Assembly (NCBI GenBank): GCA_963845455.1
Contig: CAWJSM010000001.1
Location: forward strand, 56,302 to 120,301
Direction: 5' to 3'
Origin: Vulcanimicrobiota bacterium
GTDB lineage: Bacteria > Vulcanimicrobiota > Vulcanimicrobiia > Vulcanimicrobiales > Vulcanimicrobiaceae
DNA: 64,000 bases
Shown: positions 29,777 through 39,100 of the stretch, piece after piece
Position numbering within the stretch: position 1 is the stretch's first letter
Layout: every line of letters begins with the position of its first letter
The notes under the pieces: model-generated
What the model was told of the DNA's origin: nothing
Databases searched by the model: none
What the model saw: only the letters and a program-made list of their open reading frames with translations
Position numbers and translations under genes: made by a program

Positions 29777-30787
29777 CTATCGGCGCTTCAACTCGGCGTT
29801 TGCTTTGACGACAAAGGAATTGTCGTAGAAACGCGCCGGATCCGGCGCCGGCGGTTTGAGCTGGTTGGTTTTCAGCAACGCGCTGATCACCGGAGCGAGA
29901 TCGCTGTTCGACATCACGCCGCTCCGGTTGTAATACTGCGCTTGCGTGATGAAGAAGTCGTACGTCTTCGCGGAATCGTCGGCCGACACGTTGGTCTCAT
30001 CGGCCAAGATGGAGATCGCCTTGGATCTATTCGCCGGGTTGTACAGCCAGGCGACGCCTTGCAAGATCGACTTTGCGTACGCGGTCACGACGTCGGGATT
30101 TTTCTTCGCGAAATCGGTGCGAACGGAGAACGTATCAAACGGAAAGACCGGGAAATACTTTTGCACGCGGTCGAGGACCGGATAGCCCGCACTCGAAGCG
30201 CGGAACGAGAACGGCGGCAATAAGATCGCCGCATCCACCGTGCCCGAGAGCAGCGCCGCGAAGCGCTCCCCGGTTCCGCCGGCAAACGTATAGGTGACGT
30301 CGTCGGGCGTCATCTTATACGCCGCGAGTACGGTGTTCATGAACACCAGCGTGATGTCGTTCGGGCCGCCGACGATAATCGTTTTTCCGCGCAGTTGAGC
30401 GATCGACGAAAGGCCCTTCTTTCCGAGGATGAGGTAGGGCGCGTTGTTGCTGCGGTTGAGGAAACTGACGATCGGCGCGCCGCCGAGGATCGCTTCGATG
30501 ATTTGCGTCGTCGAGACTTCGCCGATATCCACCGAACCGGCCGTCAGCTGCTGCGCGTTCGCTGCCGAGGAACCGGTGATGATCAGATCGGGCTTGACGC
30601 CGTTCTTCTCAAAGAAGCCCATCTGGTTCGCGACGTAGACCGACCAGTCGCTGGCGGTCTTCGAGGTCAAGCCCACGGCGACGGATCGCGGTGCAGCCTG
30701 CGCCGACGCGAAGCGCGGGACGGATGCGGCGGCAACAGCGGCGCCGGCGGCGCGGAGAACGGCGGCACGGGAAATCGATCGATTCAT
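29777..30787 (-). CDS. NMT1/SsuA-like ABC substrate-binding protein (SBP 3 of 3 in tandem)
   Basis: Intact 336 aa. Signal peptide ..AAVAAASVPRFASAQA. ..FFEKNGVKPDLIITGSSAANAQQLTAGSVDIG.. Confidence 0.75.
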   Translation of the reverse strand: MNRSISRAAVLRAAGAAVAAASVPRFASAQAAPRSVAVGLTSKTASDWSVYVANQMGFFEKNGVKPDLIITGSSAANAQQLTAGSVDIGEVSTTQIIEAILGGAPIVSFLNRSNNAPYLILGKKGLSSIAQLRGKTIIVGGPNDITLVFMNTVLAAYKMTPDDVTYTFAGGTGERFAALLSGTVDAAILLPPFSFRASSAGYPVLDRVQKYFPVFPFDTFSVRTDFAKKNPDVVTAYAKSILQGVAWLYNPANRSKAISILADETNVSADDSAKTYDFFITQAQYYNRSGVMSNSDLAPVISALLKTNQLKPPAPDPARFYDNSFVVKANAELKRR

Positions 30788-30832
30788 GCCCGTTCTTTTC
30801 AGCGGCCCTCTACGGCGCCTTTCGGACTTTTG

Positions 30833-31783
30833 TTACGTCCCGGGCGCGATGAATTCGGCCGTGCTGACGGCGCGCGGCAAAAGTCCGTACTTGAACGAGA
30901 AATCGAGCGGTGCGGCCACGTACTTCGGATCGCTCGACGTGGCGAACCAGGCGCGCGTCATCAGCGCGACGGCCGACGGTTCCAGTTTCGCCACTTTGGC
31001 GATGATGCCGGCCGATTCGGCTTGATGCGTGTTCGCCCAGCGCGCGGTGGCGTAGATGCCGGCGATGAATTTCTTGGCGGTCGCGGCGTTCGCTTGCAGC
31101 CACGGCTTGGTGCTGAACCAGACGATGTTGGCGAATTCGGGGGCGATCACGGCGTAGACGTCGGCGAAGAGGCGCGCTTGGCCGTCGTGAAGCGCGGCGC
31201 TCAGCGAGGGTTCGGCGATCGTCGCGGCCGCGATCGTGCCGCGCTGCAGTGCCGCACCCATCTCGGGGAACTTCAGTTCGACGAATTTCACGCGCGAGGC
31301 GGGAATGTTGTTGTGTTCGAGCCATGCGACGACGCCGAGCTGATTGAAATCGTTGAGCGTCGAGACCGCGATCGTCGCGCCGTCGAGATCCTTGGCCGTT
31401 TGCAGCGGCGAGTTCTTCGCCACGCACAAGTGCGAGTACGCGTGTTTGGCTGAGTAGAGCGCGGCCGGGGCGATCATCTGGAACGGAATGCCGTGCGCGA
31501 TGCCCGAGGCGATTTGCACGATGTTGGCGAGACCGACGTCGAGGTCGCCGCCGATGACGCCCTGGACGATCGTCGACCCGTTCGGGAACGTGCTGATCTG
31601 TGCGTTCACGCCGTTATCGCGGAAGATGCCGCGTTCGGCGCCGAAGTACGCTTCGCCGAACGAGTCGATCGGATCGGCGCCGACGCGCACCAGCGGCAGA
31701 TCGGCCTGAGCTGCGGCGGGGCGCGTCGCGGCGAGTACGCCGCCGGCGAGAAGTGCGAGGGCGCCGGAACGGTTGATGGGCAT
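30833..31783 (-). CDS. NMT1/SsuA-like ABC substrate-binding protein (SBP 2 of 3)
   Basis: ATG 31783 (MPINRSGALALLAGGVLAATRPAAAQA). ..GVNAQISTFPNGSTIVQGVIGGDLDVG.. Confidence 0.75.
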   Translation of the reverse strand: MPINRSGALALLAGGVLAATRPAAAQADLPLVRVGADPIDSFGEAYFGAERGIFRDNGVNAQISTFPNGSTIVQGVIGGDLDVGLANIVQIASGIAHGIPFQMIAPAALYSAKHAYSHLCVAKNSPLQTAKDLDGATIAVSTLNDFNQLGVVAWLEHNNIPASRVKFVELKFPEMGAALQRGTIAAATIAEPSLSAALHDGQARLFADVYAVIAPEFANIVWFSTKPWLQANAATAKKFIAGIYATARWANTHQAESAGIIAKVAKLEPSAVALMTRAWFATSSDPKYVAAPLDFSFKYGLLPRAVSTAEFIAPGT

Positions 31784-31793
31784 GATGGCTGTC

Positions 31794-32738
31794 CTACTTC
31801 CGAAGTTCGGGGGCGAAAAGGTCGAGCGGCGTAACGGGCTTGGTGATGAGGCCATACTTCAAGGCGGCGTCGAGATGCGGCTTCAGCGCGGCCGGATCGG
31901 CGGCTTCGTCGAACACCACGCGCGGCATCGCCGCCACGATCGCGGGATCGAGTTTGGTGACGCCGATCAGCACGTCGGCCGTTTGCGCGTGGTGCGTGTT
32001 CGACCAGGCGGCCGCGCGATAGATCAAGGCCGCGAACTTGCGCGCGAGATCGGGGTTGGCCGACACCCACGCTGCGGTTGAGAACCACGCCGTGATCAAG
32101 AAGCGGGTGCCGATCGCGTCGTAGACGGGCGCGAAGACGCGCGCTTCTTTCTTCGCGGTCGTCGCTTGCGGTTCGGCGAGCAGTGCGGCGTCGATGCGAT
32201 GCGTGGCGAGCGCTTGCGGCATTTCGGCAAACGGCATGTCGATGAATTTGACGGTGCTGGAATCGCCGCCGTTCTTGTCGATCCAGATTTCCGGTCCGAG
32301 TTGTGAGATGCTCTTGAGTCCGTTGACGGCGATCGTCTTGCCGTTGAGGTCGCGGGCGGTGCGAAACGGCGAGTCGGTCGCGACCATCATCACCGACGAC
32401 GGTTCTTTCGCCGTGTAGAGCGCGGCCGGCGCGATCATCACGAGCGGCAGGCCTTTTTCACGCGCGGTTGCGAGCGAGCTGACGTTGGTAAGCCCGATGT
32501 CGGCCGACCCGCCGGCGACCGCGGCTTGCACGGCAGCGCCGGCGTAGAGCGTTTGCACTTGCAGGCTGAGGCCGCTTTGGTCGACGAGGCCTGCGGCTTG
32601 TGCGTACTGCACTTCGAGGCCGGTGTCGATCGGCAAACCGATGACGCGGATCGCGTCGGCCGCGGATGCAGCTACGGCCGGCAGCAGGGGTGCGAGGCCG
32701 GCGGCGCCGACCAAACGCAACGCATGATGACGCTTCAT
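31794..32738 (-). CDS. NMT1/SsuA-like ABC substrate-binding protein (SBP 1 of 3)
   Basis: Intact 314 aa. Signal ..LLPAVAASAADA. Clearly paralogous to 30833-31783 (..TAWFSTAAWVSANPDLARKFAALIYRAAAWSNTHHAQ.. vs ..IVWFSTKPWLQANAATAKKFIAGIYATARWANTHQAE..). Confidence 0.75.
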   Translation of the reverse strand: MKRHHALRLVGAAGLAPLLPAVAASAADAIRVIGLPIDTGLEVQYAQAAGLVDQSGLSLQVQTLYAGAAVQAAVAGGSADIGLTNVSSLATAREKGLPLVMIAPAALYTAKEPSSVMMVATDSPFRTARDLNGKTIAVNGLKSISQLGPEIWIDKNGGDSSTVKFIDMPFAEMPQALATHRIDAALLAEPQATTAKKEARVFAPVYDAIGTRFLITAWFSTAAWVSANPDLARKFAALIYRAAAWSNTHHAQTADVLIGVTKLDPAIVAAMPRVVFDEAADPAALKPHLDAALKYGLITKPVTPLDLFAPELRK

Positions 32739-32753
32739 GCGCGGTGCTTTCGC

Positions 32754-34242
32754 TTAAGTCGATTGGCTGCCTTGCGCCGGCGCGGGCGCATGCGCGGCTC
32801 GCAGTCCCGACGGCAACACGATCGCTAGGCCGGCCATGACGACCGCGAGACCGAAGATGATCAGGTAGACGTCGTGCAGCGAATCGGCGATGGCGCCGGT
32901 GAGGCGCGCGAGTTCGGCGGCCGGGATTGCGGCCCGCGTGTGCGGGATCGATCAGGGTCGCGACGACGCCGCCGGCCTCGGGCACGCGCGAATAGAGGCC
33001 GAGGTTGAATACCGCTCCGAAGCTTGCGGTGCCCACGGCTTGCCCGATTTGGCGCATGAAGATGAGCGACGACGTTGCGGACCCGCGCATGCTCCAGTCG
33101 ACGGCGCCTTGCGTGGCGACGACGAACACGCTGTTGAAGAGGCCGAAGCCGAAGCCCAAGATCCCGAGCGCGGCGCAGATCAGCGTGAAGTCCGAACTCA
33201 CGTTGAGCGTGGCGAGAATGGCGGCGCCGACGAGCAGCGGCACGCTGCCGGCGAGCGCGACCCAGCGAAAGCTGAAGCGCAGCTGAAAGCGCGCGCCGAA
33301 GATCGACCCCGGTGTCCAGCCGACGAAGAGCGCGCCGATCGCGATGCCCGCGTCGACGGCGGAGCGGCTCATCGCGCCTTCGATGAAGGTCGGCATGAAC
33401 GTCGAGATGCCCATGACCATCGCGCCGATGAACACGTTGCCGATGTTGGCGATCGCGATCACGCGGATGCGATAGAGCGAGAACGGCATCATCGGTTCGG
33501 CCGTGCGCAGTTCGTGACGGATGAGCAACGCCAACGCAACGACGGCGACGCCGGCGAGCGGAAGGGCGGCCGCGAGCGGCATGTTGCCGGCGTCGACCAG
33601 GACGTACATCAAGCCGCCGACGCCGATTGCGAGCAGGGCCGAGCCGAGGTAGTCGATCTCGTGCGCGACGCGCTTGATGGTTTCGTGATACGCGTTGACC
33701 GCCACGGCGATGCACGCGAGGCCGACCGGCACGTTCAGCCAGAAGATCACGGGCCAGCCGTAGTGCTGGATGATGAACGCGCCGAGCAGCGGCCCGATGA
33801 TCGCCGCGAAGGCCCACGTCGTCGACATGTAGCCTTGCGCGCGGGCGCGGTCGCGCCCGATGTAGAGATCGCCGACGATGGTGGTCGACACCGGCTGCAC
33901 GCCGCCGGCGCCGATCCCTTGCAGCGCGCGGAAGAGAATCAGCTCGAGCATGTTGTGGGCGAAGCCGCAGAGGATCGAGCCGGTGAGGAAGATCAGGATC
34001 GCGACGATCAGCAGCGTCTTGCGGCCGAAGAAATCGGCGAGCCGGCCGTAGATCGGGATCGTCACCGCTTGCGTGAGCAAGTACGCGCCGAACACCCAGC
34101 TGAAGTAACGCAAGCCGCCGAGGTCGCCGACGATTGTCGGCAGCGCGGTTGCGACGATTGTCGCTTCCACGGCCACGATGAAGATCGCGAGCAGCATGGC
34201 GCTGAACACGATCGTGCGCGGGTTCATCCGGGCCGTCACCAT
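32754..34242 (-). pseudogene. MFS transporter, DHA2 (EmrB/QacA-like, 14-TM) family (one frame change near the 3' end)
   Basis: ..TIVATALPTIVGDLGG..YGRLADFFGRK..LFRALQGIGAGG... The last TM (..LTGAIADSLHDVYLIIFGLAVVMAGLAIVLP..stop 32754) is in another frame. Shift near 32935. Confidence 0.85.
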
Positions 34243-34308
34243 TGCGGCACAATGCGCCCGTGCGGAGGCAAAATACTGCTCGCGCGTGAACGTTACGTAT
34301 AACTACCG

Positions 34309-36114
34309 ATGGAACTACTTCGCTTTACCGGCCTCGAGCGGCATTTCGGCGCGAAGGAGGTCTTCCGCAATCTTTCCGGCGTCATCCGCGACAACGAGAA
34401 GATCGGTTTGGTCGGCCCGAACGGCGCCGGCAAATCGACGCTGGTGCGCTTGCTTGCGGGGATCGACCGCCCCGATGACGGCACCATTGCACGCGCGCGC
34501 GAAACGCGCTTCGGCTACCTCGCGCAAGACGCGGCCGAGAGCGGCCCGCAGACGCTGCGCGCGGCGTTCGACGAAGCGCTGACGCGCGGTTCGGCGCACG
34601 AGTGGGAGATGCGCGCGACGCTCAATCGCTTCAACTTCGCCGAGAGCGATCTCGAGCGGCCGCTGAGCGAGTTCTCCGGCGGACAGCGCACGCGCGCGCT
34701 GCTGGCGCGCACGCTGCTCGAAGAGCCCGACTGGCTGATTCTCGACGAGCCGACGAACCATCTGGATCTCGACACCGTGCGCTGGCTCGAAACGTTCGTC
34801 GCGCGCGATACGCGCACGTACGTGATCGTGTCGCACGACCGGTACTTTCTCGAGACGGTCTGCTCGTCGATCTGGGAGCTGGACGCGGGCGAGCTCGCCG
34901 AGTATGCGGTGACGCCGGGGAAGGCGTATACCGAATTCGTCGCGCAGCGCGCCGAGCGCCGCGCGCAGCAGCAGCGTGCCTACGATGCGGCGATGTCGGA
35001 GCGCGAGCGGCAGCGGGCGGTGATCGCGGAGCTGCGCACGCACGGTTCGCACAACTACTCGCACGTGCGTTCGCGCGAGAAGGCGCTGGATCGGGTCGAC
35101 GTCCTCGATGCGCCGCGCAAGGAGCGGCGTTCGATCTCCGTGGCGCTGACCGCGGCGCGCAAGGCGACGACCGGGATCGCGATCGAGCTGGTCAACGTGG
35201 CGAAGGCCTACACGGAGCCGCTGTTTGCGAACGTCAACGCGAAGTTCGCGCGCGGCGAGAGCGTAGCGATCGTGGGCCCCAACGGTGCGGGGAAGACGAC
35301 GCTCTTGCGCATCATCTCCGGCGACATGACGCCGGATAAGGGGAACGTGCGCTACGGCGTCGGTCTCACGACGGCAGCGTATTCGCAGAGTTCGGTCGAC
35401 GATCTGCCGGCCGGCATGTCGGCGGCGGACGCCGTGCAGCAGATGGGCGTCACCGGTGAGGAAGCGCGCTCGCTGCTCGGGCGCTTGAACCTCGGCGGCG
35501 ATGCGGTCGACAAGCCGGTGGAGGCGTTCAGCGGCGGCGAACGGCGGCGCATCATGCTGGCGCGGTTGATGGCGCAGCGCGCGGATTGTCTCTTTCTCGA
35601 TGAGCCGACGAACGACTTGGATATTCCCAGCCGCGAAGCGCTCGAAGATGTGCTCGCGTCCTACGACGGCGCGCTGTTCGTCGTGTCGCACGACCGGTAT
35701 TTGCTCAAGCGCCTGGCGGAACGCGTGATCGCGATTCGCGACGGGCACGCGACGATCGTCGACGGCGATTACGAGACCTACGAGCAGCGCCAGCACACGT
35801 TGCCGGCCGCGGCGACGTCGAGCGATGCGCGGCCGGGTGCGAAGGGCGGGCAGAACGGCAAGCGGGCGGCGCACGAGGCGAAGCTCGATGCGGGGCGGCG
35901 CAAGCGCGCCGTGCTCGATGCGGAGAAGCGCGTCGCGGATCTGGATGCGGAGAAGGCGCGGCTCGAGGCGCGCTTCGCGGCGTCGGATCTGTATGCGGAT
36001 CCGTCGGCCGTGATCACGCTGCAGCTCGAACTCGACCGCGTGCGGCTGGAGAGCGAGCGGGCGTTCGAAGCGTGGGAGCGGGCGACGGCTGCGCTCGAGG
36101 CGTTAGCCGGCTAA
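34309..36114 (+). CDS. ABC-F family ATPase (two NBDs, linker, C-terminal coiled coil)
   Basis: Intact 601 aa. GPNGAGKST / SGGQRTR and GPNGAGKTT / SGGERRR. No TM domain. Charged helical tail. Confidence 0.9.
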   Translation: MELLRFTGLERHFGAKEVFRNLSGVIRDNEKIGLVGPNGAGKSTLVRLLAGIDRPDDGTIARARETRFGYLAQDAAESGPQTLRAAFDEALTRGSAHEWEMRATLNRFNFAESDLERPLSEFSGGQRTRALLARTLLEEPDWLILDEPTNHLDLDTVRWLETFVARDTRTYVIVSHDRYFLETVCSSIWELDAGELAEYAVTPGKAYTEFVAQRAERRAQQQRAYDAAMSERERQRAVIAELRTHGSHNYSHVRSREKALDRVDVLDAPRKERRSISVALTAARKATTGIAIELVNVAKAYTEPLFANVNAKFARGESVAIVGPNGAGKTTLLRIISGDMTPDKGNVRYGVGLTTAAYSQSSVDDLPAGMSAADAVQQMGVTGEEARSLLGRLNLGGDAVDKPVEAFSGGERRRIMLARLMAQRADCLFLDEPTNDLDIPSREALEDVLASYDGALFVVSHDRYLLKRLAERVIAIRDGHATIVDGDYETYEQRQHTLPAAATSSDARPGAKGGQNGKRAAHEAKLDAGRRKRAVLDAEKRVADLDAEKARLEARFAASDLYADPSAVITLQLELDRVRLESERAFEAWERATAALEALAG

Positions 36115-39100
36115 CGGCGCTTCCCGTTTGGCGCGGGCGGCGAGCCAGTCTTTGAATGCCTCGAGCGCCAGCGGGCGGCAAATAGCGAACCCCTGCATGT
36201 AGCGGCAAGCGCGCTTTTTCAGCCAATCTGCTTCGGCGAAATCTTCCACGCCTTCGGCCAGCGAATCGAAGCCGAAGTTTTTGGTGATCGCGATGATCGT
36301 TTCGGCGATCGTCGCATCGTGCGGGTCGCTCAAAATGCCCGAAATGAAGCTGCGATCGATCTTGACCACGTCCACCGGGAGGCGCTTGAGGAACGACAAC
36401 GACGAGTAGCCGGTACCGAAGTCGTCGATCGCGATGCGGATGTTCAGCCGGCGGAGTGCGCGACAGACGTGGCGGGTGGCTTCGACGTCGCGCATGGCAT
36501 CCGATTCGGTGATTTCAACCCCGATATTGGCCAGCGACACCCCGTTGCGCGCGGCCGTCGTAAACTCGCGAATGATTTTCGAATTGCCGGCTTGGCGTCC
36601 GGAAAGATTGAAGAACACGCGGAAGCCGGGGCGCAACGCGGCCAACTCGTTCGCGCCGGCGAGTGCGTTGCGCATCACCCACGCATCGATGTTGGCGATC
36701 GCGCCGTTGGCCTCGGCGAACGGGATGAAGTGACTGGGCAAGAGGAGACCCCGCGTGGGATGGTCCCAGCGGATCAAGGCTTCGCAACCGGTCACCCGGC
36801 CGGTGCTTATTTCTACGTGCGGCTGGTAGTAGAGCACGAATTGATCTTTGGCCAGCGCTTCGGCGATTTCGTTCAGCAAAGCGCTGCGGCGCGTCGCGTC
36901 TCCCTCCATGCCGGCTTCGTAAAACACGACCGAGCCATGGCCCCGCGTTTTTGCATTCGCCAGCGCCGTGCCGGCCCGCAGCAGCACGGCGTCGATGAGC
37001 GTGCCGTCTTCCGGCGCAACCGCGATGCCGAGACTTCCGGTGCGCGCTATCAGATCGGTGCCGGCCCGGTCGCCGGTGGAAAACGCCGTCGCGAACACGT
37101 CGGCGTAGTCGAGCGCGCGGTTGTGAACGGCGTTGACGGAATCCGGTTCGGGGACGTAGATCCCGAACACGTCGCCTTCGATGCGGCCGACGATCTCATC
37201 ACCGATCGCGCGCTTGCGGAGCGCATTGCCGACCTCCACGAGCACCGCATCGCCGATCATGTGGCCGCGTGATTCGTTGACCTCGCGGAACGCGTCGATG
37301 TTCACGAGAATGATCGCGAAACGCCGGCAGTGCGCGGCGGCGGCGCGCGCCTGCGAACGAAACTGCGATCGGCTGAGCAGGCCCGTCAGCACGTCATGCG
37401 CCTGCTGGTACTCGAGCCGCTCGAACTGCCAACGCTGTTGCAGATGATTGGCGAAGAACGACGCCAGGACTTCGATGTAGGCGTAATCCTCGGATCCGAT
37501 GGGTTCGGGCGTCGCTTCGCTCGATGCGAAGGAGAGCCCCCAACTCGTCGTGCCGGCCCGAAACGTCGTTACGATCAACGATTGCGTGCCGTGCCGGGTT
37601 GCAAGCCGGCTGCGCTCGCCGGCGTTTATGTGGTTCCAAGACTGGGTTCCGCGGCCGGCCTCGATGACCGGGCCGATCATGGTCTGTGCGATCGGTATCG
37701 AGTTGCCGACCGGCGGGAAGCCGTCGAGAATGGGCCGGCTCGATGCAACCGCTTTGATGGTGAGTTCCGAGCCTTCGATGAACCAGAGGACGCCGCGGAA
37801 GTTCTGATCGGGCCGAATGGCGGCGGCGGCTTGGCCCAACATGGCCTGAAGCAGTTCCTCATGTCGCAGGTCCGGGTTGTTGATGATGCTTTGCAGCGCG
37901 TCGAGCCGCTCGATGTGCCGTCGCGAGCGCTCCACCTCTGCGTGCAGCGAGCCTTCGAGGGTGGTGACTTGGAGCTGGTTTGCAAACGACGAAGCGAGCA
38001 CGTCGAGATAGGCGTGGTCCTCCTCGTCAAACGATGTGGCCGTCGGTTCGGACGATCCGAAAATCAGCCAGTACTGCGATGCGCCCGCGGTAAACTGCGC
38101 CGTGATGGCGGAGCGCCAGCCGAGGAACGCGAGCGCCGGGGGCACCGTGCCCAGGGTTGAGAGATCGTCCCAAGCGCGCGTGCCGGAGGCCCTCGGAACC
38201 AGCGTTTCGTCGAGCGGGGTGCGCCGGCCGATGTGCACGTTTGCGATCGCGCCTTCGGTACCGGGCTCCGCGCCGATGCCGATCACCACGACCTCGTCAC
38301 CTTCGATGCGTCCGAGCAGGCCTTGGAAGCGCTGCGCGGACCGCAGTGCGGCCGCCCCTTGGCGCAACATGGAAAAGAGCAAGTCTTGGCCGCGCAAGAG
38401 CGGGTTGTTGGCAACTTGCCACAGCGCTGCAAGGCGCTCGGCATGTTGTCGCGCGCGGCCCTCGGCGGTTCGCAACGAGGCTTCCAGGCGTTCCTGTTCG
38501 AGGTGGCGCGCGAAGAACGACGCCAAGACTTCGATATACTCGTAATCCGGGGGGCCAAACGGGACCACCGAGGGCGGCTCCATCGACGCCAGGCAGAGCA
38601 CGAACGGCGTCTTGTTGGCGACGAAGTGCGTGGCGATTTGGCTTCGCAGGCCGGCTTCGCGAGCCCGTGCCGGCAGATCGGGAAGGGCTTGGCAATCGTC
38701 CCACGATTGCGTTCGTCCGGCATCGGCGTTGCGCGCGAGCAGTGTTTCGTTCACGTCGACGCGTTGGCCATTGCGAAAGATACGCTCGATCGCGCCGGCA
38801 TCGGTCCCGCCGGCTTGTCCGGCAACGGCATCCAACACGAAGTCGGATCCGTCGATATGGCCCAGCATACCGGCATAGACTTGTCCGGGACGAATGACCG
38901 TCGACGCTTCGCGCAGCATGGCCTCGACCAGTTCCGCGCCGTGCAGGCTCGGCGTGTTGACGATTCGCCACATCGATGCAAGGCGGTCCGATTGCCGGCG
39001 AACGCGCCGTTCCGATCCCGCCAGCGAGCTCTCGACGATGGCCTTTTCCGCATTGAGCGCGCTGATTTCGCCCGCGTGCGCCGCATCGGCGAGGCGTATT

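Noticed and set aside
32890-35874. Very long ORFs antisense to or overlapping real genes. Examples: 32890-34302(+), 34315-35874(-), 5951-7141(+), 10522-11664(-), 38233-39858(+), 60127-61365(-), 61669-62856(-).
   Set aside because: Their translations are Arg/Ala/Gly/Asp-rich with no motifs. Each lies opposite a gene with clear family signatures. These are the typical stop-poor shadow frames of high-GC DNA.
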